A DNA stretch of 63,943 bases, the filler included, from Welwitschia mirabilis (lineage: Eukaryota): the NCBI GenBank assembly GCA_051453625.1. It is 5 parts of one record of this genome, joined end to end, with 100 filler letters (N's around TTAATTAATTAA, not from the genome) between each part and the next. Parts side by side here need not be neighbours in the genome. Positions count along the whole stretch, not along the records: positions 1 to 18,257 come from JBOZIK010000001.1; 4 more parts are not named here. The stretch is one strand, 5' to 3'. Shown here one piece after another: positions 1 to 14,400 of this stretch. Numbering within the stretch: position 1 is the first letter of the stretch; the number at the start of each line of letters is the position of its first letter. The position numbers and the translations under genes were made by a program. The notes beneath the pieces are model-generated. The model saw only the letters and a program-made list of their open reading frames with translations, had not been told where the DNA came from and did no database searches.

Positions 1-2280
1 AAGGATTTCTATATATCAAAAAACAGAGGCACGTAGCTCAAGATCACAAGATCACATGATTTAGTATTGATAAGTGGGATGCATAATAAGCAACATTAGA
101 GTACAAAAAGAGAATATATTTATAACTCATGCACCTAACTAGGATGAGTAATCTTCTTGCTTCAATTAGGAAATTTTAATTACATGCATCATTTCCTTAT
201 GCTAGCTCTTTTTAATCCTTCATAGGCACATAAGTAAGTTTAATTCATTTAAGACATGCATTAAAAGAATAAATGCATAAATCTCAAGATTGGCATGTAA
301 CACAATGAGAAAAACTCTTCAATATCAATGAATAAATTAATGAATATGCTATGAACACAGTGCCCTTACACATCTCAAGAACATAAAAGTCATGGTAGAG
401 TAAATATGCTTATTTATCATTCTTAGTTCTAAGTAAGAGTGCATGTACTTATTCAAATGCACATTTATTTCAAAATACATAAAATCTATCAATCACATAA
501 CATAAGAAAGAAAATATTTATTCATAATATAGTACATCTTTTACTTTTTAAGGATAAAAATAAGTAAAAAAAGCAAAAAATATTAGTATGTGCTCTTGAA
601 ACTTCCAATTGCTTTATCATATGATTTTAATTCCTTACATAATGGGATTATCTAATTTTAATTATTTTAATAGATTCTCATAAAAACCTTCTAAAATAAT
701 TTTTATCATTTTCATGGTAAGTTATAAAGATTACAAACTAAGGTTAATTTTAAAATTAATCTTATTTAGTAATAAACTAATATAAGGATAATTAATCTTT
801 TGACTGAAATCTTAATATTTAAGTAAGTAAAGTTTATAAAATATGGGATATGACATAAACCCTTGGATATTACCTATAATCTTAGTGCCTAAGAACTCCA
901 TCTTGCATAATATAATACTTAATAGCATATAGGTTAGATTTTAAGCTATTTATTATTTAATTACTCCCTTATGTATATGGCTTAGAATCAGAAGATTCAT
1001 ACTTGCACTTAAAAGCATCTAAATATGTGTTATCAACCTTATCTCAATTTTCCAATACTAAAGACACCCTTACATTAATACATTTTCCATTCTTCATAAA
1101 GGAAAGTGTGAAATTTTGATTGTACATTCTTAAACATCTTTCCATTAGGACTTCTACAAATGTAAATAAAACCTTCACCTCTAAATATTTCCCAAGTTAA
1201 AAAAATTAATTCTCTTAGGCTAGAAATTATGAACTACTAATAAAAATATCATGAAGATTTCTCATAAACTTTAGAAAAATTTTAAGGATTTAATATGAAA
1301 ATGCTACTGACATAAATTTAAACTAGGTAGGATTATTATCTTTATTATAGAAGGATTATCATTAAATAATTGGCAATTGATTAAAATAACGAATAGGGAT
1401 AACATCCTAAATTTTTTACTATATGAAGTTTGGAACTATCTTAAATCTATAGTTAATATTTCTAAAATTTGAGCGAAAAAACTATTAAATCATTTATATA
1501 TCCTCACTTGGTTAGATTAATAAGTGTCTTTATAGTACCTAATACCTTTGATTTTAGTAATTGAATAGATGAAATTTTAAAAAGAGTAGAATCCCTCACC
1601 ACTCAGCCAAAACCCTCTACCTCTAGGCTCGAATGTTTAATATATTATATAGAGCCTTATGAAATAATAGAGTGTTCCTCCATATCTTTTTTTTTTTTAA
1701 CATGATTAATGAGTAAGTAAACATTGTAGGACACTATTAGTAGACTCATAAGAATGATCCTTACTCGAACGTCTACAATTCCAAGTGGAGAAACTATCTT
1801 AACTTTTCTTAGAAATAAGATAAGGCCCATAATCAAAGTTATATTAATCAATTAAGAAACTCATTTTTATCATTATCTCATTCTTACACATCAAAAGAAT
1901 ACCATTTAAATCACCATCCCTTATCAAAAGACCAATCAAATCCATTAGAGGATACATAAAATAAGTCCATAGAGTTACAAATATAAATGAATTATAAACT
2001 TAAGCAAAACCTCTTATCAACTTTAGTAAATCACCACTCATATTCTCTCTTTTATAAATCATTGAGAGCCTAGAAAACTTCTAATGATCTTATAATCAAA
2101 CCCAAAAGGGATTAAAATCACAAAAGGTATAGAGCCTAAGCACATAGAAGAAATCAATTTCATTTATTTTAGAAGTGGGAAAGAGATAAACAAATAACTT
2201 GAGAAAAATACAATCATGAAGAAACAACACCCTTGAAGCAAAATGAGAAGGTTAAAATAGTAGAGGAACTAGATAATCCT

Positions 2281-2940
2281 ATGCCCATTTATGAAGAACT
2301 TTTACCATTTTCACAATAACTAAGGAAATAAAAAATTATGAAAAAATAGTTGAAGCCCTTTAAAATTTTTTAAAAATATAAAATTAATATACCTCTATTA
2401 GAAGACGTTAGATAAGTTTCCTATTATGTCAAATTTCTCAAAAATATGTGCACAATTAAGAGGAGGATGCATCTTAAGAAAAAAAACTTTCTAGCTTAAA
2501 CAATTAGCATAATAATGTAAAATCAAATCCCTTGAAAGTATAAAAAGCTTGGTTGCCTAACAATATTTATTACAATTAGTGACAAGCATCTTAAATATGC
2601 CTTATTATATCTTGGAGCAAGCATAAATATTTTACCACATTTAGTTTACAAAGAACTTATCTTAACTGACCTTATGTAGATAAAAATCCAATTGAAATTA
2701 CTTGATAATTCATTGAAGTTATTGCTAGGACTAGTTAAAGATTGATTGTTTAAGTAGATAATTGCTATTTCCTAATAGACTTTATTATGTTAGAAGTGGA
2801 ACAAACTAAGCATAATTTAGTTTTTATTATTTTAAATAGGTCCTTTATTATGATATCAAATACTCTTATTAATTGTAGAAATGGTCTAATGAAGATTACA
2901 TTTGGTAACTTAACAATGAGATTGATTATTTTTAATATTA
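2281..2940 (+). mobile_element. Decayed Ty3/gypsy (Athila-like) gag C-terminus and aspartic protease
   Basis: Manual translation gives KINIPLLEDVR*VSYYVKFLKNMCTIKR (~2380-2463), GCLTIFITISDKHLKYALLYLGASINILPHLVY (catalytic D to Y at 2608-2610) and, in ORF 2787-3020, IILNRSFIMISNTLINCRNGLMKITFGNLT. These match Athila consensus motifs INIPLLDAIKQVP.YAKFLK, ALLDLGASVN and IILGRPFLAT..ALINCRNG.MKL.FG. Confidence 0.85.
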
Positions 2941-3494
2941 TTAGATTATTAGAGATTATAATGAGATTGATATTATTTATAAAGCTCATGTATCACAATC
3001 CGCACTTGGGTTGGACTTAAGAAACACAAAAAACATGAAAATTTTTTTCCCCATAAATACTTAAAACAAAATTAATTTATAAGACACGATTAATATTGTA
3101 GTGGATCAATTAGTTTAAGACTAAGATATTTATCTCTCAATTACCCACAGGGTACACTTCAGGAGAATTATATGAGGATAGCTCACCTGATTATCATCAC
3201 ATTCCATCTTATAATTATTTAGAAGCCTAATTTAGGAACACATCAGTGAGGTGTGTGAGTTGTAGTCGAATGGTTGGTTGCATCCATGTTGCGATCCCAA
3301 ATTATCATGTTTTAATAGTGTAATTGGTGATGTTTTGTAGGGAATAGGAACTCAATTCAGTCATTTTCAGGCATTTTATCATAATCTGATCTAANNNNNN
3401 NNNNNNNNNNNNNNNNNNNNNNNNNNNNNNNNNNNNNNNNNNNNNNNNNNNNNNNNNNNNNNNNNNNNNNNNNNNNNNNNNNNNNNNNNNNNNN

Positions 3495-5567
3495 ATAGTA
3501 TAATATATATGAGATATAATATCACACAATCTAAATATATCCTTCTATTTAACTTTATATGATGTTATATACTTGTATAATATATCCTTCTGTTTAACTT
3601 TATATGATGTTATATATTTGTATGAGAGGTAGAAAACATTTATACAAGTAGTAAATTATGAAGCATAAATTGTAAAAGATATAAAGGAAATGAAGAGACA
3701 ACAGTATAGATAAGTAATATAATACGTAACCTACACATATAACATTTTATGATATATGTGTAATCTAATATAGATGCACTTTATTATATTAAAAAAATAT
3801 AATATACTACACATGTAATAAAGTATATTTATCATATAATATGAGGTAATACAATGTAATTTAATTTAATGTATACTGTGATTACATTATGGTACCATGT
3901 AATGCAATACCCTAAATCTATTTATGTATATGATGGTTAGTACATGGCAAAAGAAAATTAATCTGAAAATTGACTCTCATACTAAAACTCAAAGATATAA
4001 TATAATACTTATATAGAATATAGTATAATAATATAACATCAATAGATAAAGGCATATCCTAAATAAAAAAAAAACATATAATATAATAATGCATATAGTT
4101 AGAGAGATTGGATAAATATCTAAAGTACATTAATACTGTTTTAGAGACGAAAAGCCTTTTTTTTTTAAATATATCTCTTTTCTCCCCTCAAAATTATATT
4201 AAAGGAAAAAAAAAGGAAGTATAAAAGACACTTACCCACCTTTGGTAACTTTAATTTTATGAAGAGTAATGCGTTGAATATCTTCTCTACGCTCCTAACA
4301 TTGTAATCTCACCGGAATGCTTGTCAACGGCATTAACGTAGCACTCTAAAACTTCTCTTTAGTGAGTCCTTCAAACCTTCTTGCACTGCTCCAGTGCATA
4401 TTGGTGCTCTTACAACATCAAAACGCTAACTTCTCTTCTCTGCCTGGGTGTTTTACTAGTGTTTGCATCAACGTGGTCCCTCTCCGCCCTATCTTCGGTG
4501 CTAACTTCTGTCATTTCTTTGGCACTCTTATAACACCAAAATGCTAAAAATGGATCAACTATAAATATCGCACTTGTCGAATAGGAAGGTTAACTTGCTC
4601 ACTTTTGTGCCTTTCACATCATAAACACACGCTCTCAATGCTATGGAAGAGAGAATGACATAGAGGTAAGAAAATCACTTCGACGTAAAATACACACTGA
4701 GCCAACGATAGAGTGAAGGGCTGAAAAATACAAGCATGCCCCGCTAGGAAGGCTCTCTCTACGCTTGGCTTCTTGCAGTCATTACTTCCGTTCACCCTCC
4801 CGTTTCACATTCCTCCTCCCTTTTGCAGGCACAAGCCCTCATCACTTGGTCCCAAGTGACCTTCGCTTTACTGAATTCTCCTCCAACTACTCGGTGCATA
4901 AACCTGAATCACAACATAATTAGACCCCTTTTTCTTTTGAGCGATGGATTCCTCTCCATAAAAAAATCCCATATTCCTCAGCTTTTGAAAATCCCCTCGG
5001 CATTGCCATTGGCCAGGCCTCAAGTCGTAACGCCAAGGCCCAAACCCCCAGTGCATTGAAATGCATTCAATCCTTAACCTGCTTTCTCTGCTATGCTAAC
5101 TTTCCCTGCATTTTCTTCTATTGTTCTGTAAAAATGCACTCAAGTAAAAAGTTGGAGGCCTTTAATTACTACCTCTGCAACCTCTGAAGCCTACCTAAAA
5201 TTAATTTTTGACAGCTCTTGATGATAAATTCTTCTTTACTTGTCACTTACTCTTTTTCTCCACCATTAATTTCCTTACCCAATATTCCTCCTTTTATATA
5301 CCTCTTATTTATATTATTTAATATTTACATATATATACATATTTATATATATTTATTATTTATTATATATGTAGGTATATAAATATGTATATATATATAT
5401 TATATACATATTTATTAATCTTCATTATTATTGTTTATTTATTATCTATAAAATCACTTCTATTGTTATCTTATTCACACTTTCATATTTCTTTTATCTC
5501 TTTTATCAAGAAACCTTTTTCTTAAAAACATTATGGNNNNNNNNNNCTTAACATATGGGGTGTTACA
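3495..5567. mobile_element. Probable Tekay/Del-type gypsy LTR remnant
   Basis: Ends in GGGGTGTTACA (5557-5567), a typical Tekay LTR terminus. The interior is non-coding with a GC-richer block at ~4270-5100. The left boundary is hidden by an N gap. Confidence 0.45.
3534..3623. repeat. Tandem duplication, 2 x 45 bp
   Basis: aatatatccttctatttaactttatatgatgttatatacttgtat occurs twice with 2 mismatches. Confidence 0.9.
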
Positions 5568-5881
5568 CTTTCATTAAAAAGTTCTTGCTTTGTAACTATT
5601 ATAGAGAAGGGAATCACTTGGTTTTGGATTATATCTCCTTCACTGAGGAGCTATTACTTTGTAACCATATGTGAACATTTCAATTAATGAAATATTGGTT
5701 GAATTATTCTTTTCTATATTCTTTCTTATCTGCCTTATGGTTTATGTTGATTACATTACAATAATAGGTACTTGTAATTTATATAGATCACAAGTATTAA
5801 CTTAGATGATAACAAGGTGGTATACTCAGTTAGGATTTGCATTTAGGNNNNNNNNNNNNNNNNNNNNNNNNNNTATATATA

Positions 5882-5922
<41 letters not shown>

Positions 5923-6170
5923 ATGTATATAAATATATGTGTATATATATATTGTATACATATTTATTAATCTTCATTATTATTGTTTATTTATTATCTA
6001 TAAAATCACTTCTATTGTTATCTTATTCAGACTTTCATATTTCTTTTATCTCTTTTATCAAGAAACCCCTTTTTTTAAAAACATTATGGATTCATAATCT
6101 AACAACATAGACACAATGAACAAAAGGAATTCATAACATTACATATTATATTAAAATATGGGATGTTACA
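5403..6170. repeat. Two near-identical copies of an LTR-terminal segment
   Basis: 5403-5536 matches 5955-6089. Each copy is followed by a ...TGTTACA terminus (5561-5567 and 6164-6170) with a different flank beyond it. Confidence 0.85.
5874..5952. repeat. (AT)n/(ATATGT)n microsatellite
   Basis: Read directly from the sequence. Confidence 0.9.
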
Positions 6171-9100
6171 TCATTATTCTAACTCTTCTCCTAATGAGAA
6201 AAACATTTATTCCTCTCATAATCATTTTGATGATTTAGGGCCATCAATTATTATAAAGATAAAGAAATGCTAGAGGTTGAACCACATTTAATTTTAAATG
6301 TTTAGACTCTATTATTACTACACACATCCTTTTAAACTTCTTACACTTATGTGTAGAGTCATCCCATGAAGATGTTATCCTTCCTATGTCTGCTTTAGAA
6401 AACTATTAGTTTGAGCCTCACAATTGTAACATTTATAAGTCTTTCTCTTTATATGCTATTGAAAAGCCTTCTTATGATAATGCATTTTAATTACAACAAA
6501 TCAAATAATACTCAAGGATGTTTTCTTCATAGAGGACCCCAAACACCACCATCCCTTCAGGCCTTTTCATACACCCATTCCATCTTCAGAACATTTTTTT
6601 AAGCACATCAATCATCTACCCCTTCCATTCATCGATGAGCTCATAAGACTTACTGATTCTGGTTGGTAGTCCTAAACAAATAAACTACTAATAAGCAATC
6701 ACTTTGTCAGTACAAGTTTAGATTAAATCTAAGTACACTTATATTATTCAAAAAACATTTATGCTTATTTTTTAGTTATCTTACTAAGGTTAGTTTCACT
6801 TAAGGTATTTGATTTTGGAAAATATGAATGAAAATTATTTTCAAGTATTTTACAAAGATAATATATTTCTTAGTTAGGCTAATGAGGCAATGGCCCTCTT
6901 ATGTGCATAAAAATTTGATGAATATAATAAGTGGAACTAAAATAAACTATAATATCTCTTTGCCAAAAGCATATTTTATCATCAATCAATTTACTTGCTT
7001 TAGTTAACTATATCAGGGATATAGATGCTCACTAGTAATGTAGCTCTATTAATATACTTATGAAATAATCAAGTACATTAGGGCTATAGATACTCACTGG
7101 CAATGTAGCACTAATCTGTTTAAGAAACAACATACTTAACTTTTGTGGAAGAAAATGTCATAACACTATATGCCTAATATTAATCAAATTCTTGAAATAA
7201 GGAAAATGTATGATTATAGAAAAGGAAAATTATGGGGAAAAAAGATGGGAATTAGAGATTATGTTATACATACTTTCCTTAGAATTTATATTTAAAATTT
7301 TATTTACTAATTTTTATAAGTTTACTTAATGAATATTCTACTTATGTGACATTTTCATCCATTAAAATAAAAAATAAAAAATAAAATCTATAAAGATTTC
7401 AACAAAGAGGCCATTGACCTAGGTATTTTATCTTTTTTGTTTATAAGATTCATGATTGGGGTTTATTTTCTATTGCATTTTGCATTTGTTTTACCTATTT
7501 GTTTTGCCAATTTTAAGATCCCATTCTATAAGAAAACACATCTGAAAAAACAATTGTGTTTATTATAAAATAACCCTTTGATCCATGCCTTAATTTATGA
7601 TTAATAAATTCAAGTGTTAATAAATTATAAAATCCTATGGTCCTCATTCCAACTTACTTCTATAAAAACTTGAAACCCTACTTCCATGCCATCTCCCATC
7701 CCTTCACTAAACCAAACATAATTTACTTGCAAATAGGTGGTGTTGCTACTCACCTTTACTAACATCGCTGTCATTTAGTCTCCACTTATGCTAAACTTTT
7801 TGTGATACTCTTTTTATGTGTCTTTTAGTTCATTTCACTATAGGGTACATTTGTTTTATTCATTTTTCAATTTATCTTTTATGATATTTCCTATAATTTT
7901 TATTTCTAGTGCATATTTCATCCTTAACATTGAGTTCTTTTACTTTTTGTATTCTTGTCTCTGTGATTCTTCTATTTCTTCTCTATTCTATTACTAATTT
8001 TTTAGGAATTATAAGTAATATACAAGGGGCCTTTATTAAAGAAGGAAATTTTGCACATGTATGTTACATTCTACTTGGCAAGGATCAAAACTAAAGGCTA
8101 GAACTACTTGTGACAAAAAGAAAATGCATTCTACTACCTTAAACAAGTGCTTAAATTATACAAAAATTCTTTGTTTAATAATAAAGATCCTTGAATGATT
8201 CATTCTCATATACATCACACTTTCTTTTCGATTTTCTTAGTTTATTGTAAGGTAGGAGTAAACCATTTTAAGCATTTTCCTTTTATCCTAGTTAAAAATC
8301 TAGAATACTGTTGTCATGATTTAGATGTATAATATGTACCTAATAAATAATTAGCCTTACCTTATAAATTCTTCTATAAAAATCAACTTACTTTGTTTCA
8401 TTTTGTTATTCTTAAAGTCCTACCCACATCTCATGTCATAGATGCCTAGAGTAACCACCTAAATCTTATTAGAATTATCTAATAAAATTTACCTTTTGAC
8501 ATTGTTAAATTTTTTTTGAGAACCATCATCAATCATGTAGGATATAAAAGTAATCTTTCCCTTTCCTACCTTAGTTTTAATATTATCTATAGTAATGTGT
8601 ATAAAAACTTTAATTGTGAAGGATGGGATAGAGATTTCATTGAAACCCTTACTCTCCAAAAAATAACCTCAGTCCAAAAGTTTAAAAATAGAACTTGGAT
8701 CCTAGGGCAATAGTTTAATAGCATGAAAAATAGTAGCAATTCAAATAAAAAGAAGAAATACAATGTGACCCTGTCCCTCTTCATGCTATTCCTCCTTATG
8801 TTACTTTCTATATACCTCCAACAAGGTGTTGTAAAGTTAAAGAGCCTATTGAAAAGACTTTTCATCCTCCTCCTTTTTCTTCTTCTCTTAATCCTCTACA
8901 TTCTTCCTCTTCATCTTGTAGTAAGAAATTTTTTGAACAATTGCTAAGACAACACAAGGCTTGGATTATTAAATTATGGGGAAAAATAAAGAAAATTATC
9001 AAACAATAAGAGGCCAAATAATAAAAGGCCATCTCATCAAATAGGATAAAATTTATGAAAAATTAAAAATAATAGTTTCTTATAGATGGTTATTTAGTAA

Positions 9101-9290
9101 AATTTGCACTTTTTCTTGTGTGTATAGTAGTTTAAATTTTCTATTATAGTATTTCACTATTTTTTACTTGTAATAAAAATAGATGTAATGAAAAAACTTT
9201 TTTTTGTTCAAGAATCGATATATTTTCAAAAATGATATTGAATTTTTCTATCTTATAGATTTTAAGAAAAAAAAGTTCAATTTTGGTTTG

Positions 9291-9362
9291 ACAGTATGGC
9301 ATATTATTTTTTCAAGAATTTTTCTAACAGTATGGCATATTATTTTTTCAAGAATTTTTCTA
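9291..9362. repeat. Perfect tandem duplication, 2 x 36 bp
   Basis: acagtatggcatattattttttcaagaatttttcta occurs twice. Confidence 0.95.
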
Positions 9363-10699
9363 ATTTTAATACCTTAGTTTTTAAAAGTTTATTAATAATT
9401 TTTAAAGTTTGTATCATTCCCATATTTGGGTGTCTTTATTTATAACTTTTCAATGTTAAATCATTATTTTTGCTAGTTAGGCAATGTGATAACATGTAAA
9501 AATTAACATTTGAACCAAGTATATCAAGATAATTTAGCTTAGGAAAAGATATTAACTTAACTATTTTATCATATAATTATGCCTTCTACCATTTTTAGTA
9601 TAATTTATGAACTTATTCATTTCTTTGTAATGATTTAGATATTATACTACATTCTAAAGTATATGCTAGAAGTTGAAAACATTTTAGTAGAATACACTAG
9701 CACCATTGTCTAGGTCACTAGTGCTACTAGTTCTTTAAAGCAAAACACTACAAACATTTCATTCTAGAGTCATGTTCAAGAAGCAATCAATTTTTAGTTA
9801 TGGGATTTAGGTGGTTATAGTAGTAAAATATGATAAAAAACTAGCTATAAAAGTGTTAAATTCTAAATTGTAAAAATCCTAAATTAAAAATCCTAATGAA
9901 GAAATCATAATCCAATTTTTACTTGTAAAAAGTTATAAGTGCATTTTTTTGTAAGAATCTTTGGCTGATGAAATAGTTGAATACTTAGAGAGTTAATCAT
10001 CATGTCTTTCAAAGCTCTCTCTTTGGAAGTGATTTAGATTTAAGACTAGCTTGATGAGTTAATATTATCTTATATTTTTTTCTTAAAGGTAATGTAATTT
10101 CTACTCTTTCATGAAATAGAAGTAGTTTTTCATCCTTAATTTTGAGTTGTAATTAACATTACACTTCTAGTCCTTAAATGAACTACATAATTATTAAGTC
10201 CTTTTATTTTCTCAGCGAGTTTTTTTTTTTGTCCTAGTTTACTTCTTAGTTATAATCATCTTATTTAATGGTTCTTAGGCATTTGATTCCTACTTTCCAT
10301 GCTTACATTAGGCTATGAAGGACTAAAGTGACTAACATATTCACCCCAACTTATATGTTAAATGAGATTATGTCATCATAATCTGAGTTATAACAACTTA
10401 ATAATCTAAATGTTTATTAAAGGAATTTGTAATAAATTTTTGAAGCAAAGGATTTGCTATTGAATGATTTAGATGAAACTTTCAAAGTTAGTATTTTTTC
10501 CTACTTTTTCAATTCAAGGTCATCTCATCGTAATATTAATTTTATTTTGTTTAAATCCTTTGTAAGTGAGAAAAGATTTTATCATCACTATTTGGTCTTT
10601 TCTACCTTAATTTATTCTTGTGAAAAGAATAACACTAGAACTATATTACAACATGAGCCTTGGTCTATAAATTTGTAAAATTCAGACATGACTAGTTGC

Positions 10700-10960
10700 T
10701 TTACACTTATCCTAATTATTCGTGTACTATAATGCATTTTAAACTATGTCTAGAATGAACTTATTATATAGCAAGTAATGTCTCCATCTTTTTAAGGCTT
10801 ATAAAATAGAATATATCTCCTTTCAAGTAGTTCTACTTATCATCATTTAAGTTATCACTAAATAAGTCAATGGATTTTTCTTTTTGAATAAGCGCTCCTT
10901 CAATTATTTTATTACTTGCATGACACTTGGCTTAAAAGGTTTTAGTAAAATGTGAAAGTG
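10700..10960 (-). mobile_element. Decayed CRM-type Ty3/gypsy RNase H fragment
   Basis: Minus strand, with frameshifts: FTKTF*AKCHAS, IEGALIQKEKSIDLFSDNLNDDK and RWRHYLLYNKFIL, matching FSKVFEVECDAS, IGAVLSQEGKPIAYFSEKLNDAK and WRHYLLPKEFVL. Confidence 0.7.
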
Positions 10961-11495
10961 TTGGTGTAGGTCTTAGAAAAATGTATTATAAAATAGATGA
11001 GAAAGAATCATGATTACTCCATAATAATTCATCTTCCTTATTACATTGAATATCTTACTTTTAAAGGTAAGCATTCCATTAGGGTTTTATTAGGGTTTAC
11101 AAATCCCCCTAGACAAATGATGAAAATGTGCATACAAACCTTAGCAATTTTCCCCTTAAGATGGTAATATAGTTTCTTCCAAAGGAAATTAAAATACTTA
11201 GAATAAAATCTTTGGAATTCAACCTATCATGAAATCTCTTTAAAAGAGTTGTTATGTGAGGGAACTACTTTGTTAAAAAAAGTAGTCAATTTACTACTAC
11301 ACATTCTATAACAAATAGGGCTATTATGTATATGATACATCCTATATTTCTAGGTTAAAAATGTAGTTCACATCTCATAGTACTAGAATAAAATTGCACT
11401 ACAGATATTGTAGTATTAGTATTAAGAGTGACTTCGTACAAAGAATCAAAAGTCAAATGAAGCCCATACTGAATAAGAGCAAAAATAAATTCAAA
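10960..11495 (-). mobile_element. Probable 3' LTR of the adjacent Ty1/copia element
   Basis: Non-coding, lies directly downstream of the copia RNase H end, and is clearly homologous to 24810-25330. Confidence 0.6.
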
Positions 11496-11499
11496 TCAA

Positions 11500-14400
11500 C
11501 CCATTGTCAATCTAATTTTGAATTGGAATTACTAAAAATTCTATTAATCAACTGATTTAGTAAGGATACTAATAGTTTTCTCTATGGTTAAATAGGGTAT
11601 ATGAATAATAACTTTATTTTATGTAATTTCCCTAATTTTATGGACCCTAATATAAAAGTGCTTTACCCTATCATGATGCACTAGATTTTTTGCTATGCAG
11701 ATTACTAACTAATTATGAATGAAGAGATTTATTCCTATAGTCATTTTTAAGTTTACTATTTGAATAATTTTCTCTTAACCATTTTATTTTCCTACATGCC
11801 TTAAAAGTAGCTATATATTTTTCCTTTACAAAAGACCACACTATAGTTTCTAATGCCTTAATCAACAAGATAGGGGAGATGTTTCCAAGAACATGGTATA
11901 TCTTATTGTTGATAATGAGGTATAGAGTATACCTTTAGGCTGAATTAAGATTTTCTTTTATATGTTAAACCTATATATTTGGTCTTCTTTAGATATCTCA
12001 GTACTCTTTTAGTAGCATTCAGATGAGTTCATCAAGTACATGAAGTTATCTTTATAATACACTAATAACATATGATATGTTTGATCTAGTACTGGTTATG
12101 TAAATTAGAATTTTTACTGTTCTTTATATTTAGTATTAGTTATGTAAATTATACTTTCTACTATTCTTTTATATTTAGTTTCATTTTCAAGTTTTAAATC
12201 TTTGTCAATAGATATCTTGGCATTTTTTTCCAAAGGTGTTATAACTTTTTTTTCATTTTCTAGTTTCAAGTTCTAGATTATATATTCAATGTACTTCTTT
12301 TATGTTAACAACATTTCATAATTTTACTAAATAATTTCTACACCTAATTAGAATATAATGAATCCAAGATCAAAAATCTTGAATGCCTTACTTAAGATTA
12401 TTTTTGATCTTTTTATGTCTTCTTTATTAATTCTAGTTATCATTATATCATCATTTGTGTCTACTATATTTTATGAATAATGTGACATCCACTTATTAAT
12501 AATAACATAATATAAATTCAATGAAACTTAAATAATTTCTAAGATTAGTATGCCAAGCACTTGATGTTTTATTAATTCCATATAGAGACTTGATTAATTT
12601 ACACACCTTATGTTTTTTCCCTTTTTGTTGAAAATCCTTTAGTTATGTTATCTAGATATAATCTTTTAGATCTCTATGGGAAAAGAAAATCTCTATGTTT
12701 AATTGATGAAGCTACCATTCTTTTTATGATGCCAAGGCAATCATCATTCTAATGATAGTCCATTTTGCTATTGAAGTGAATGCTTAATTGTAGTCAAATC
12801 CTTTATTCTATTATAGGCCTATAGTAACAAACTTCGCTTTATGTTGCTCAATGGTATTGTCCACATTATATTTGTTGTAAGAAACTCATTTATTAGGTGA
12901 CACTGTCTACCCTAATGAAAGGTCTACTGAATTCCAAGTACCATTATCAATAAGACTATTATATTATTCTTGTACTATTTTTATCCAATGATTATGTTGA
13001 ATGTCAATTTTAAATGAAGTTCATTCACCATAAAAGATCAAGTGAAGCTTGCCATTATCATAATGAACATATTAGAGAGTAGATTATAGCTAAGTAATTT
13101 AATATTGTCCTTGGGTAGTATTAAGTTCTTCATTACAAAACCTACTTAATTTCTACTAGAACAATGATTAAGCATGTTAAAAATATAAAATTGCTCAATT
13201 CCTATAGGTTGTAAAGTAAACATACTAATAAAAGGAACTAAATCCTTATTGATGATAATATCTTCTCTCTTAAAAGTAGGACGTTAAGCATCTAGTATGG
13301 CTACTAGGTTAGCGAAAGTATACAACTTTAAATGATTAAGCTAAGAATAATTATTTAAAGTCTTTTAAAAGATGACATTGTAAGAAATGATAATCTTATG
13401 ATGCTGTAGAATATATACTTGATAACCTTGCTAATGAACTAGATATTCTAAAAAGATGCTAATGTGAGCATGTGTTTCAAATTTGTCATGATATTTACTT
13501 GGAATATGAACATAGTACTCATAACAGAAAACATGAAAATGGTTTAACTTTGGCTTGTATCCATACCATTTTTTAGTTGTAGATACTCTTTTACTACTTC
13601 ATCCAAAAGATAGGTCTTATAAACATTGTCATACATCATGGAATGTACTATACCCATGATAGTATGACTAAATTAGTTAGTAATTCCATTTTGTTGAAGT
13701 ATCCCTGGGTAGATCTTCAAATGTCAAATCCCTTCAAAAGAAAGAAACCCCTTGAAGTTAACATATGTACTTGTCATTATTATTAGAGTAAAAACTTTAT
13801 TCTAATAATTAGCTTACTATTTCACTTAAGTTTTAATATTTTTAAATATATATAAAGAATATGATTTTGACTTAATAAAGTATATCAAAGTCATTTAGAA
13901 ATATTCATCAATAAATGATATAAAATAATGAACTCCATGGAGAAAGAAAACTAGCATAGGTTCATGTAAACCACTATAATTAAGTAAAAGCTTTTGATCA
14001 ACATGCCATTTACTTGGTGAAAAATATTATCTAATTATTTTACCCATAATACATGCTTCATACTATGGAAAATACTATGAACTAGATGGAAGGAATCAGT
14101 GGCTATTCTCATACATTACATTCATTATATAAGGAGAGGGATTTCCTAATAAATCATGACATAAAGGAAGGGAGAAATCTTATCTTATAAAATAGTACAA
14201 GTAAGTTCTTACATTATAGCACAACCATGAAGATGAGTAAGCTTTTCATCCATGTATCCTTTAATGACTAGTTGATGATTTTCATTATAAATATCCACTA
14301 AGTGCTTTATCATAAAACTAAAGTTACCTTCTTACAATAAAGTTAAAAGCGATAGAATATAGAACCTCAAAAAATAAAAATTCAAAACATGTGAAATAGG

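Noticed and set aside
850-1650. Minus-strand gypsy gag remnant (LTWEIFRG-like)
   Set aside because: Similarity is too faint to call without a profile search.
8300-8950. Minus-strand Tekay gag remnant and the small ORFs at 8516-8947
   Set aside because: The composition is suggestive, but no diagnostic motif could be read.
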